Shown here: piece by piece, positions 9,962-18,740 of the stretch
Layout: every line of letters starts with the position of its first letter
Position numbering within the stretch: position 1 is the stretch's first letter
Origin: an uncultured Gammaproteobacteria bacterium
GTDB taxonomy: Bacteria > Patescibacteriota > Microgenomatia > UBA1406 > GWC2-37-13
Assembly: GCA_964484325.1 (NCBI GenBank)
Contig: CAZAEE010000006.1
Span: forward strand, 1,932-65,931
Direction: 5' to 3'
DNA length: 64,000 bases
Translations under genes and position numbers: made by a program
The notes under the pieces: generated by a model
Databases searched by the model: none
What the model was told of the DNA's origin: nothing
Seen by the model: only the letters and a program-made list of their open reading frames with translations

Positions 9962-12520
9962 ATGAATTTTAATGGGATGATGAAGAATCTCAATCTTCAA
10001 AAAAACACTTCACTCAAAATTGTTTTGATTGCTATTTTGGCTTTATTTTTTATCGGTGTAATCTATACGGCCGGGAGAGTCAGTCAAAATACCCAGAATA
10101 GAAGCCAAGCGGCTGTATTAAGTATTGCACCAACCCCGACTGTGGCCGCAGGCACAATTTTAATTGATCCAGCCTCAGACAACCACCCAATTAGTCCATA
10201 TATATACGGATGGTCAGATGCCGATCCGGGCGGGACCTATACTACATACCGAGATATGGGTATTTCACTACTGAGATGGGGAGGGAACTCAAGGTCAAGA
10301 TATAACTGGGAAATTAATGCTTCAAATACAGGCTCAGACAATGGCTATTGTAATACTTCAAAAAATTCTGCTTTCACCTTTGTTTCGAGCAATCAGTCAT
10401 ATAGCATGCAGACTCTATTAACTATCCCATTGATAGGCTGGGTTTCTCGAAATACGAGTACCTGTTCTTCTGGATACCCGGGCACTGGTGGTACTGCTCT
10501 CATCCAATATCCAACTCCAGGTTGGGAAACAGGTTCAATTTCAGGTTATAACCCGACAACAAATAGAAATAATACCAGTTACCCGTCGTACCCAAGAAAG
10601 GGTACTTCATTTAGCTTAACGCCAACGCCAGGGGATGGTGCAGTTTATGAAGATGAATGGGTTAATGCACTCAAAGCCAGGTTTGGACAAGGGTCAGGCA
10701 ACGGAGTGCGATTTTATGACCTTGATAACGAATCGGATCTCTGGGCCGATGAAACGCATGTTGATATCCATCCTGCACGCCTTGGTTATGATGAGGAATT
10801 ATATTACATTACACAGTATGCCGATGCCATCAAGGCTGTTGATCCAACAGCTGAACTTCTTGCCCCAGTCAGCTGGGAATATTCTGGAGTTTGGTATTCG
10901 GAACGAGACTGGCAACCAGGTGGACCTAATAGTAATCCAATAGATTACAACTCTCATGGAAACCTATACAGGCTACAATGGCTTCTAAGAAATATCAGAC
11001 AACATGATCTGCAGGTTGGTCATAGGTCAATTGATGCAGTAGACATCCATTTTTATCCTCAAAATGGCCTTGTTCCGGGCAGCAGCTCGCCTGATGCCAC
11101 TGAACAAGCTACTAGGTTAGCCACACCAAGAGGACTGTGGGATCCAACCTATCATTATCCGGGATTCTTAGGCAGCAGCTTGCCTGATGGAGGAATAATT
11201 CGTTTCTTCCCGAGAATAAAGGAAATTATTAATGCAGAATACCCAGGAACAAAGATTGCCATCACTGAATGGAATTGGGGATCAGAGTCACACATTAGTG
11301 GTGGTTTAGCAGCTGCCGATGTTTTAGGTATCTTTGGTCGTGAAGATCTTTATGTTGGTACCTGGTGGCCATTTAATAATCCAGGCGGCACGCCGATTGC
11401 GCTTGCCTGGAAACTATTTAGAAATTATGATGGAAATTTATCAAAGTTCGGTGACACCTCAATAAAAGCGCAGACTGCAGTTGCTGATGTTGATAAAATC
11501 TCAGCCTATGCCAGTAAAGATAGTTCAACAGGTCAAATGAAGGTCGTGCTGATCAATAAACAACCTTCAACTACTGCCAACTTTACTCTTAACTTTAATA
11601 ATTACTCTTATTCAGGACCACTTTCAGGTTATCGTTTCGGATCGGGAAGTTCGTCTATACAATCTGTATCTGGGCTATCTATATCAGGTTCGTCAATGTC
11701 AGTGTCGTTACCTGCTTATACTGCAACACTTATCGTCTTCCCGACTCAGTCAGGCACACCGATTCCCACAGCCACACCAACGCTACCAGCACCTCCTTCC
11801 CCAACACCAACTATTATTCCAATTCCTACGTTTACTGCTGTTTGCTCACAGGCTGCCTCAATTACAGCTCCGACAAATCAGATAACCTCAAGCGATGTTG
11901 CTTCAGTTAGTAACATGTTAGGTTTGTCTTGTTCAGGCTGTAGTCAAGACTTAAACCACGATGGTCGAATCACTATACAAGACGTTAATTTAGTCAGAAA
12001 TTGCCTAAATATCTATAATCCTTTGCCATCCAATACACCAGGTCCCACTCGCACACCGACTCCAGCACCAACTGGCACACAGATAACCATTAACTTTGAT
12101 TCAGGAGTCTATCCAACTCGAACACCTGAATCGCCTCTTACCGGCCAATATCCAGCTAATATTATCGACTGGGGTTCCAGCAATACTGCTTGGTACTATT
12201 CCGGACCTTGGGCTCCGTATGACTCAACCAATAGTTTGACATTTGTGGGAGATACTTCTCCAAAATCAGCGACTTTTACCTTCATTGGCGGACAGAGAAA
12301 GCTTGTCAGCTTCAAAGCAGTCACCAGCGGAACCAATGCTAATCCAAATATAACAATTACTGCAACTTGTGGAAGTCAGAGTTTAAACTATGCAATAACT
12401 CCCGCTAATTTTGGTCAGCTAATAACAGTTCCTACAGGATGGGCCAATACCTGTTCTTCAGTCACTCTTTCTTCTTCAAATGGGGGAGCCACCAACTTCG
12501 ATGATTTAATCGTTCAGTAA
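9962..12520 (+). CDS. Secreted glycoside hydrolase, GH44-like catalytic domain + PT linker + Cys-rich dockerin-like module + C-terminal beta-sandwich-like domain
   Basis: N-terminal TM anchor. HPISPYIYG...LLRWGGNSRSRYNWEINASNTGSD resembles the GH44 signature region. DLNHDGRITIQDVNLV is an EF-hand dockerin repeat. Confidence 0.7.
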   Translation: MNFNGMMKNLNLQKNTSLKIVLIAILALFFIGVIYTAGRVSQNTQNRSQAAVLSIAPTPTVAAGTILIDPASDNHPISPYIYGWSDADPGGTYTTYRDMGISLLRWGGNSRSRYNWEINASNTGSDNGYCNTSKNSAFTFVSSNQSYSMQTLLTIPLIGWVSRNTSTCSSGYPGTGGTALIQYPTPGWETGSISGYNPTTNRNNTSYPSYPRKGTSFSLTPTPGDGAVYEDEWVNALKARFGQGSGNGVRFYDLDNESDLWADETHVDIHPARLGYDEELYYITQYADAIKAVDPTAELLAPVSWEYSGVWYSERDWQPGGPNSNPIDYNSHGNLYRLQWLLRNIRQHDLQVGHRSIDAVDIHFYPQNGLVPGSSSPDATEQATRLATPRGLWDPTYHYPGFLGSSLPDGGIIRFFPRIKEIINAEYPGTKIAITEWNWGSESHISGGLAAADVLGIFGREDLYVGTWWPFNNPGGTPIALAWKLFRNYDGNLSKFGDTSIKAQTAVADVDKISAYASKDSSTGQMKVVLINKQPSTTANFTLNFNNYSYSGPLSGYRFGSGSSSIQSVSGLSISGSSMSVSLPAYTATLIVFPTQSGTPIPTATPTLPAPPSPTPTIIPIPTFTAVCSQAASITAPTNQITSSDVASVSNMLGLSCSGCSQDLNHDGRITIQDVNLVRNCLNIYNPLPSNTPGPTRTPTPAPTGTQITINFDSGVYPTRTPESPLTGQYPANIIDWGSSNTAWYYSGPWAPYDSTNSLTFVGDTSPKSATFTFIGGQRKLVSFKAVTSGTNANPNITITATCGSQSLNYAITPANFGQLITVPTGWANTCSSVTLSSSNGGATNFDDLIVQ
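11825..12022 (+). repeat. 66-codon Cys-rich dockerin-like module, copy 1 (paralogous to 13850-14047)
   Basis: PTFTAVCSQAASITAPTNQITSSDVASVSNMLGLSCSGCSQDLNHDGRITIQDVNLVRNCLNIYNP. Confidence 0.85.
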
Positions 12521-12528
12521 AATACCTA

Positions 12529-12557
12529 TTGACAAACTATTTTTTTTCATTTATTCT
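12529..12557 (+). promoter_or_regulatory. Promoter of the GH5-like gene (TTGACA-N17-TATTCT)
   Basis: TTGACA 12529-12534, TATTCT 12552-12557, ATG 12569. Same -10 hexamer as the GH44 promoter. Confidence 0.6.
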
Positions 12558-12568
12558 CTAGCATAGAG

Positions 12569-14488
12569 ATGGATTCTCAAACTAGTAAGTCCACTATGGA
12601 TAACGCAAACATACCAAAAAACAACACAGCCAAGCTCGCGGTGATTTTTTTAGTTGTCCTTTTTTTTGTTGGAATTATCGTGACGGCAAGTCGCGTCAAT
12701 AATGAGACTCAGACTCGAAGTGAAGCTGCTGTTTTAAGCACAAGTCCTTCTCCTACTCCTGTACTTCCATGGTTAAAGACTATTCAAGGTGCTGGTAATG
12801 GCCAAAGCGGAAAAATCGTGAGAGTTGATAATGGTCAACCAGTTGAGTTAAGAGGAGTTAATGTTTTGCATAATGAGTGGGTATACCCTGATATGACCTT
12901 TGAAAACGCGGCTTTTCCAATTTTATCATCTAATGCTTGGCATGCAAATCTTGTTACACACGGTTTTGCATCAGCACCTGTTGCACAAAATGATGCTCAA
13001 TATATGGGAATTTTGGATCAATATCAACAACTAGCTGAACAGAATCATATGTACATTATTTTCGCCTATTATTACCCAACTATAAACGGTGACCAACCTC
13101 CACGACCTGACGTTGATACTAATTGGAGAACTGCAATGGAGAATCTGGTCACTCGTTACCGCAATCGATCAAACGTAATTTTCATGCTGCAAGCCGAACC
13201 ACATTCTGATACATACAACGGTACGTATTATTCTGTAAATTGGAACACCTTACGACCGGTTTATGATGCAGAAATTGCTCGTATGAGAAATCTTGATAAT
13301 CCTTGTAATGATTCTGGAGCACCTTGTCATCTTATCTTAGGCTCAGGTGATGGTTATGGAAGAGATGTCAGTGCTGCCATTTATGACGAGTATGGTCATG
13401 GTGGGCCAGATCCTGTCCAAAATGCAGCTAACTTCGTCTACAGTAGTCATCCATATGATACAAGAGCTGGTTCTAATGACTGGGACTATGTTCTACCTGT
13501 AGCTGATGCTGGTTATACAGTACTTATAACCGAGTTTGGCACTGGCGGTCAAATGGCACAATCCGACACCTTAGCTCTCATGAGTGAAATGAACAATGGT
13601 TCACGTCATATTGGATGGACAGCTTGGATTTATGATGGACCTGGTGGTTGTCCATGTTTGCTGTCATCTGGTTATCCAAGCTTTGGGGTTTCAAGCCCAT
13701 ATGGTACTTCCGTACGTGACACAATTGTTGCACAGGCGACTCAGTTTGGTGGCCCTCCTGGCACACCAGTTCCAACTATGACACTTGCTCCATCACTAAC
13801 CCCAACTAGACCACCAGCCGCATCTCCCACTCCTACAGTCATTCCAACGCCAACATTTACTGCAGTTTGTTCTCAGGCAGCCTCAATCACCGCTCCAACA
13901 AACCAGGTCACCTCAAGTGATGTGACATCGGTTAGCAATATGATCGGCTTAACTTGCTCAGGTTGTGCACAAGATCTCAATCATGACGGCAGAATCGCAA
14001 TACAAGACGTCAACTTAGTCAGAAACTGTCTCAATATATACAATCCAACGCCAACTCGTACTCCGACTCCAGCACCAACAGGTACCCAAATTACGATAAC
14101 ATTTGAAGACTACCCACCAGCTCCAACACCACCGGCCTCAGGAGACTATGCTATAACTGGTCAATACCCTGTAGGAGTCGTGACATGGGGGACAGGTTGG
14201 TTTACTTCTGATCCTTGGAGAAATCTTACCACTCGCAGCTTAATTGGTCGAAATCCAGGCGGAACCTTTACTACCAACAGAAGACTAACTAGTATAAAAG
14301 CATACACTCCATACAGCAATGTCACAGTTAGTATCACCTGTAGTGGATTGCCATCGGTTAATCAGGCAATCCCAGCCGGTGCAGTAACTCCAGTCAATAC
14401 TGGTTGGACATCTGCTTGCCCAGGTAATATTACGCTTACTTCTTCAAATGGTAATGCCACTAACTTCGATGACATGGTGCTTCAATAA
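12569..14488 (+). CDS. Secreted clan GH-A (GH5-like) glycoside hydrolase + PT linker + Cys-rich dockerin-like module + C-terminal beta-sandwich-like domain
   Basis: TM anchor. RGVNV...; IFMLQAEPH lies where the acid/base NEP motif is expected. SSHPYD; VLITEFG is a nucleophile-type motif. The C-terminal half is paralogous to 9962-12520. Confidence 0.7.
   Translation: MDSQTSKSTMDNANIPKNNTAKLAVIFLVVLFFVGIIVTASRVNNETQTRSEAAVLSTSPSPTPVLPWLKTIQGAGNGQSGKIVRVDNGQPVELRGVNVLHNEWVYPDMTFENAAFPILSSNAWHANLVTHGFASAPVAQNDAQYMGILDQYQQLAEQNHMYIIFAYYYPTINGDQPPRPDVDTNWRTAMENLVTRYRNRSNVIFMLQAEPHSDTYNGTYYSVNWNTLRPVYDAEIARMRNLDNPCNDSGAPCHLILGSGDGYGRDVSAAIYDEYGHGGPDPVQNAANFVYSSHPYDTRAGSNDWDYVLPVADAGYTVLITEFGTGGQMAQSDTLALMSEMNNGSRHIGWTAWIYDGPGGCPCLLSSGYPSFGVSSPYGTSVRDTIVAQATQFGGPPGTPVPTMTLAPSLTPTRPPAASPTPTVIPTPTFTAVCSQAASITAPTNQVTSSDVTSVSNMIGLTCSGCAQDLNHDGRIAIQDVNLVRNCLNIYNPTPTRTPTPAPTGTQITITFEDYPPAPTPPASGDYAITGQYPVGVVTWGTGWFTSDPWRNLTTRSLIGRNPGGTFTTNRRLTSIKAYTPYSNVTVSITCSGLPSVNQAIPAGAVTPVNTGWTSACPGNITLTSSNGNATNFDDMVLQ
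13850..14047 (+). repeat. 66-codon Cys-rich dockerin-like module, copy 2
   Basis: PTFTAVCSQAASITAPTNQVTSSDVTSVSNMIGLTCSGCAQDLNHDGRIAIQDVNLVRNCLNIYNP. About 90% aa identity to copy 1, with many synonymous differences. Confidence 0.85.
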
Positions 14489-14490
14489 TA

Positions 14491-14519
14491 TTGAATACTC
14501 ACTCAGCCCGAGATATAAT
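14491..14519 (+). promoter_or_regulatory. Promoter TTGAAT-N17-TATAAT, 5 nt before ATG 14525 (leaderless)
   Basis: TTGAAT 14491-14496, TATAAT 14514-14519. Confidence 0.6.
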
Positions 14520-14524
14520 ATAGT

Positions 14525-14875
14525 ATGGGTAAGGAAGAACTTCCGAAAAATGTCATACCGCTCAGATCCAACCAAGATAAATTGTTGACACCTGAAGAAA
14601 AATTATTGCATAGTATATTTCCTCCTGAAAGATTGCAGGGATCGCCTCCAACAGAACGTAAGTTAGAACTTGTCAAACCTTCAACCGAAGAAGAGGTAGC
14701 TCAAAACAACGCCAATCAATACCTTTTAAAGGCACTGTTGAGGATTTCTCCAGAGCAACGTCAACTTCATATACTTTTTGCTCAGGGACTATCAGTTGAT
14801 GAGATCGCCAAGACCATGGGTAAAACAATTGACGAACTAGAAACATTACTCAATATTCTACCTGATGAAGATTAA
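14525..14875 (+). CDS. Small protein with C-terminal sigma70-region-4/LuxR-like helix-turn-helix
   Basis: RQLHILFAQGLSVDEIAKTMGKTIDELETLL resembles a region-4 HTH. Confidence 0.5.
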   Translation: MGKEELPKNVIPLRSNQDKLLTPEEKLLHSIFPPERLQGSPPTERKLELVKPSTEEEVAQNNANQYLLKALLRISPEQRQLHILFAQGLSVDEIAKTMGKTIDELETLLNILPDED

Positions 14876-14911
14876 TTCTGTGAACCCAGACTCCCTAGGG
14901 TGAAACTCTTT

Positions 14912-14939
14912 GATAAAAAGTCTCATAAGACTTTTTATC
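14912..14939 (+). terminator. Perfect 12-bp hairpin (gataaaaagtct-cata-agactttttatc), probable terminator
   Basis: Read directly. The U-rich run lies within the descending arm; there is no separate T-tail. Confidence 0.5.
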
Positions 14940-15013
14940 AATCTCGGGAATCTTGGATTTACCTATTATAACGGAAAATTAAATCAAGTATAGATCAATG
15001 ATATACTCTATCT

Positions 15014-15787
15014 ATGAATAATCAACAAAGAAGAGCAAAAGTCTTTAACGAAGATGCAGATTTATATGAAAAAATACGACCAGGTTATCCAAAAGAAGTA
15101 TTTACTGACTTACAGAATTACACTAATCTTAACTCAAATTCAAATATCCTTGAGATTGGTTGTGGCACTGGACAGGCGACACATGATCTTTTAATGATTA
15201 GTAATCATATAACATGTGTAGAACCTGGAAAAGATCTTTTACAAATTGCCAGAAGAAAATTTCCTGAACTTTCTTTTATAAATTCAAAATTTGAAGATCT
15301 TAAGACAAATAAATTATTCGATGTAATCTTTGCTGCAACTTCTTGGCATTGGGTAGATCCCCATGTTGGATATGAAAAGGCATATAAACTTTTACAAAAC
15401 ACCGGTTATTTAGCTATACTGCGCAATTACCATTTAGAAACAGATCCCAAAGCATTTCACATGCAAACCCGTAATATTTACAATAAATACTCAAATAGAA
15501 CTGTTGTTGATCTGAGCTCTCGTAAAATGATTGAAGAACAAGCAAACTCAATAGAAAATGAGTACTTTCATATAATCAAACAAACTGAACACTCATGGCA
15601 ACAAACTTATACCATTAACGAATATATTGCCTTAAGAAACACGTATTCTGATCATAGATTGATGAAAGAATCTGAACGGCAAAAATTTGAACAAGAGTTA
15701 AAAGAAGTTGCAAATAAAGAATTTAAAGGTTTAGTTACAAAAAACTATATTGCTGTTCTTTTTATTGCTGATAAAAAACCAAGCTGA
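15014..15787 (+). CDS. Class I SAM-dependent methyltransferase
   Basis: Motif I ILEIGCGTGQAT. Extended -10 TGaTATACT (14999-15007) lies 6 nt before the ATG. Confidence 0.8.
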   Translation: MNNQQRRAKVFNEDADLYEKIRPGYPKEVFTDLQNYTNLNSNSNILEIGCGTGQATHDLLMISNHITCVEPGKDLLQIARRKFPELSFINSKFEDLKTNKLFDVIFAATSWHWVDPHVGYEKAYKLLQNTGYLAILRNYHLETDPKAFHMQTRNIYNKYSNRTVVDLSSRKMIEEQANSIENEYFHIIKQTEHSWQQTYTINEYIALRNTYSDHRLMKESERQKFEQELKEVANKEFKGLVTKNYIAVLFIADKKPS

Positions 15788-15811
15788 ACATAATATACTA
15801 TAGGACTTATG

Positions 15812-15884
15812 TGAGCTCGGTGGGACTCGAACCCACAACCAACTCCTTAAGAGGGAGCTGCTCTACCAATTGAGCTACGAACCC
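15812..15884 (-). tRNA. tRNA-Lys (anticodon CTT), 73 nt, no encoded CCA
   Basis: Folded by hand into a cloverleaf: acceptor GGGTTCG/CGAGCTC, anticodon loop CTCTTAA, T-loop TTCGAGT. Confidence 0.93.
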
Positions 15885-15909
15885 GATACATTATTATACC
15901 ATTCTAACC

Positions 15910-17646
15910 TCAAGGGGTTGGTGTCGGAGTTGGATTATTAGGCAGTGAGCCGTCGCAGTAGCGCTCAAGATTGGGAACAGGTACTGATTGACCATATTCA
16001 GCTTTTACCTTGTTAAAATCATTGATATCTACCGCCCCATTACACTCAATATCGGCACAGGGCACAGTTGGCGTCGGAAACGGTGGCTGAATAATTGATG
16101 AGCAAGCTTGGCCAAACTGAGCCTTAACTAGATTATAATCTTGAATTGTTATAACTCCATTTCGATTAATATCAGCTCTGTTACGAGTATACGTTGGTGT
16201 CGGGGTGAATATTGGCGTCACTGAAGGTGGCGGCGGGCGCGTCGGAGTAGGAGTCGGAGTACTCACACCAGGTAATGGTATAGCACCTTGTGTGTAATAG
16301 TTACCGACATTAAGCCGAATATAACCACCATCGTCATCAGCATATGGTGGAGTTAATACTGCTGCAACCCCCATTGGATTGTTTGTCGGACCTGGTACTG
16401 GTGTTAAATTACCCAGTCCATCTGATCGATAATCCCAGTAATGAGTCTGACTACCTACCCCTGCGCCCCACATGATGGCCATCAGTCCAACATTAGCCCA
16501 TTCTTGGATATGTTGCCTCCCATTGGTTGAGTTAAGAAAATACTCAGTTCTGTTATCTTGGTAGTGCCCATTGGTATTGTTTTCAGTTGTGTATACCCGG
16601 TTGCCGTTTGGCACCTGCCACATGATGGCTCGTTTCTGAGTACCGTTGATAATGGTACCTAACCACCCTCGAAAAGTACTAAACTTAGGCTCTCGACTGT
16701 CGTCATTCCACCAATACCGGTTACTTCCTTGAGTTAATAGGTAATACGAAGCATCGCGATCTAAAGGATCCATGGCTACCAAGTTCCAACCCGCACCAAA
16801 CGTATTAAAGTATGTTACTACCCGATTAGCCTCATCAGTCGCGTTACAGTACCCGTCTCGTAAACAAAGTGTCATATCAACACCGGTGCCCCACATGGAT
16901 ATAGTTAAGGCTAAAGTTGTATTAGGCGCATATAAATCTCTTAAATGGGCTAGTCCTTCATGAAACCCCCGGTAATTATTTTCTATAAGAGGACTTTGAA
17001 ACTCGGGCATGCCGCTTGAGGCGACTGCGGCAGTTTGGGCGACGGCGTTATCACCGCCGTTTGTGTTTTGTTGCATATGTCCCTCGCCATCTGGTTCAAG
17101 GATGACGATCGCATGACGACTCGTGCCACCAATCTGCTGCATCAGGTACTTGAATTCATCATAGTAGGTTCTCATCTTCGTCGTATCGTTAATACTTAAT
17201 GCTGGATCTTCAGTGTCTGTGGTACAGATTCCATTTGAAGCATTCAACGAGCAGAACCGGTAGAGAGTAAATGCGGGAACCATGCTCGTTGGAGTCTGAT
17301 TGATATAGCTTGAGACGTAGTTTGCCCCGTAACCATTAATCCAATCACCAGCCATATACTGGTACCGGTAGTTATACGGCACACCAGCATGCATATCCGA
17401 TAACGTCCCGTTAAAAAGGCCAAAACCGAAAACTCCTGGTAATCCCGGTGGTACCGGTGGCAAAGGAGGCGGAGTTGGCGTAGCAGTTAAAAGAGCCACT
17501 GCCCGTGTTGACTGGTTGTACGACTGATTTTTCTGAAGCGTAAATGTTAAAATAGCTATCGCAAGAACCAATAATAAAAACCCGGCAAGTGCTAGTGTAG
17601 TGGGGCGTTTATTAGGACTCGATTGAGAACTTGAAGAAAGCGGCAT
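15910..17646 (-). CDS. Secreted protein: TM anchor, PT linker, putative glycoside-hydrolase-like domain, PT linker, two dockerin repeats
   Basis: DINRNGVITIQDYNLV and DIECNGAVDINDFNKV near the C-terminus. HAIVILEPDGEG weakly resembles the GH6 EPD motif (low confidence). Confidence 0.6.
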   Translation of the reverse strand: MPLSSSSQSSPNKRPTTLALAGFLLLVLAIAILTFTLQKNQSYNQSTRAVALLTATPTPPPLPPVPPGLPGVFGFGLFNGTLSDMHAGVPYNYRYQYMAGDWINGYGANYVSSYINQTPTSMVPAFTLYRFCSLNASNGICTTDTEDPALSINDTTKMRTYYDEFKYLMQQIGGTSRHAIVILEPDGEGHMQQNTNGGDNAVAQTAAVASSGMPEFQSPLIENNYRGFHEGLAHLRDLYAPNTTLALTISMWGTGVDMTLCLRDGYCNATDEANRVVTYFNTFGAGWNLVAMDPLDRDASYYLLTQGSNRYWWNDDSREPKFSTFRGWLGTIINGTQKRAIMWQVPNGNRVYTTENNTNGHYQDNRTEYFLNSTNGRQHIQEWANVGLMAIMWGAGVGSQTHYWDYRSDGLGNLTPVPGPTNNPMGVAAVLTPPYADDDGGYIRLNVGNYYTQGAIPLPGVSTPTPTPTRPPPPSVTPIFTPTPTYTRNRADINRNGVITIQDYNLVKAQFGQACSSIIQPPFPTPTVPCADIECNGAVDINDFNKVKAEYGQSVPVPNLERYCDGSLPNNPTPTPTP

Positions 17647-17696
17647 ATATATACGATAAAGTGCCGATAGAGGTTTGTCAAGCTAAATTTAGTATG

Positions 17697-17768
17697 CGTC
17701 CCTAGAGGGAATCGAACCCCCATCACTGGTTCCGAAGACCAGTGCTTTATCCGTTAAGCTATAGGGAC
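17697..17768 (-). tRNA. tRNA-Arg (anticodon TCG), 72 nt
   Basis: Acceptor GTCCCTA/TAGGGAC, anticodon loop CTTCGGA, T-loop TTCGATT. Confidence 0.93.
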
Positions 17769-17807
17769 AGTCCCTCAGTTGTAAGCTTTTTATATTATAC
17801 TATAGCC

Positions 17808-18353
17808 ATGTTGCAGATTATTTTGTACTTCCTGGCAATTCTGCTTGAAATGACTTTTTTCATTGGTTTTACAATTTATATGATATCTCTGATTTACTCA
17901 AGCATTAAAGGCTCACCGTACGTGCCTACCAAACGAAAACAGATCGAGCTTATTCTAAAAGAGGCTTATCTTAAAAAAAACCAGTTTCTTATCGAGATTG
18001 GCTCAGGCGACGGTCGTTTTGTCACGGCTGCTGCAAAACTCTATGGCGTGAAAGCGCTCGGTATAGACATTAATCCTGTTCTTACCAAGTTTGCCCGTTT
18101 TAAAACCCGCCTTGCCGGAGTGAAACAGGTCCAGTTTAAAACCGCCAACATGCTGGCCGAAGATCTTTCCAAAGCCGATGTACTCTATATTTTTCTGATG
18201 CCTGATTTAATCCTAAAATTACAGCCACAAATAATGCATCTTAAAAAAAATACCCTGGTCATATCTCATGGTTTCCGTGTACCGTACCTTGAAAAAAAGA
18301 AAGTAAAAACTATCGAAAACAAGCCCTTCCCAACCTATTTTTATAAAAAATAA
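17808..18353 (+). CDS. Membrane-anchored class I SAM-dependent methyltransferase
   Basis: ATG 17808 chosen because the ORF-track start (17742) lies inside tRNA-Arg. Motif LIEIGSGDGRF. Confidence 0.75.
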   Translation: MLQIILYFLAILLEMTFFIGFTIYMISLIYSSIKGSPYVPTKRKQIELILKEAYLKKNQFLIEIGSGDGRFVTAAAKLYGVKALGIDINPVLTKFARFKTRLAGVKQVQFKTANMLAEDLSKADVLYIFLMPDLILKLQPQIMHLKKNTLVISHGFRVPYLEKKKVKTIENKPFPTYFYKK

Positions 18354-18358
18354 AAAAT

Positions 18359-18709
18359 ATGAGCCACCAATCACCAGAAAACTATCAAACTCTTTATCAA
18401 ATTAACATTAAAGAAGATTGTAACTTCAAGGATATCGCATGGTTAGTCTTAAACGCCCGCGCAATTTTCACCAAGCAATCGTTGCTTTTTGAAGGTCGGC
18501 TTGAGGATTTAAAAAAATGTAGTACCACTTGCAATCCGGTTCTCGATGAGGAATTTGGTTTACAACTTAAGTGGGACTGGAACCATAATTCAGACAATGT
18601 TTCAATTATCCCAGCTGGCACTGTTTTATCTTTTCAATCAGATAAATCTCCTCCTGCAAAAGTTGTTGAAGCCTTTCAAATTGTGCTAAAACATAAGTTC
18701 AATTATTGA
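18359..18709 (+). CDS. Hypothetical protein
   Basis: ORF only. Tightly packed between neighbours. Confidence 0.45.
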   Translation: MSHQSPENYQTLYQINIKEDCNFKDIAWLVLNARAIFTKQSLLFEGRLEDLKKCSTTCNPVLDEEFGLQLKWDWNHNSDNVSIIPAGTVLSFQSDKSPPAKVVEAFQIVLKHKFNY

Positions 18710-18734
18710 CAAGTCTGCGGATTTTACCTATAGT
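18706..18734 (+). promoter_or_regulatory. Promoter TTGACA-N17-TATAGT, 6 nt before ATG 18741 (leaderless)
   Basis: TTGACA 18706-18711 overlaps the upstream stop codon. TATAGT 18729-18734. Confidence 0.6.
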
Positions 18735-18740
18735 GTATAT

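Noticed and set aside
11825-14047. Template/variable-repeat pair of a diversity-generating retroelement
   Set aside because: Differences between the two copies are spread over all bases and are mostly synonymous, not adenine-specific. No reverse transcriptase is present in the window.
17742-17807. Longest-ORF N-terminal extensions (17742 overlapping tRNA-Arg; also 128, 22190, 30127, 37706, 37947, 48760, 54336, 54604, 56100, 57835, 60162)
   Set aside because: The extensions overlap upstream genes or tRNAs, or use TTG upstream of a promoter. Internal ATGs fit promoter spacing, signal-peptide and prepilin architecture, and homolog N-termini.
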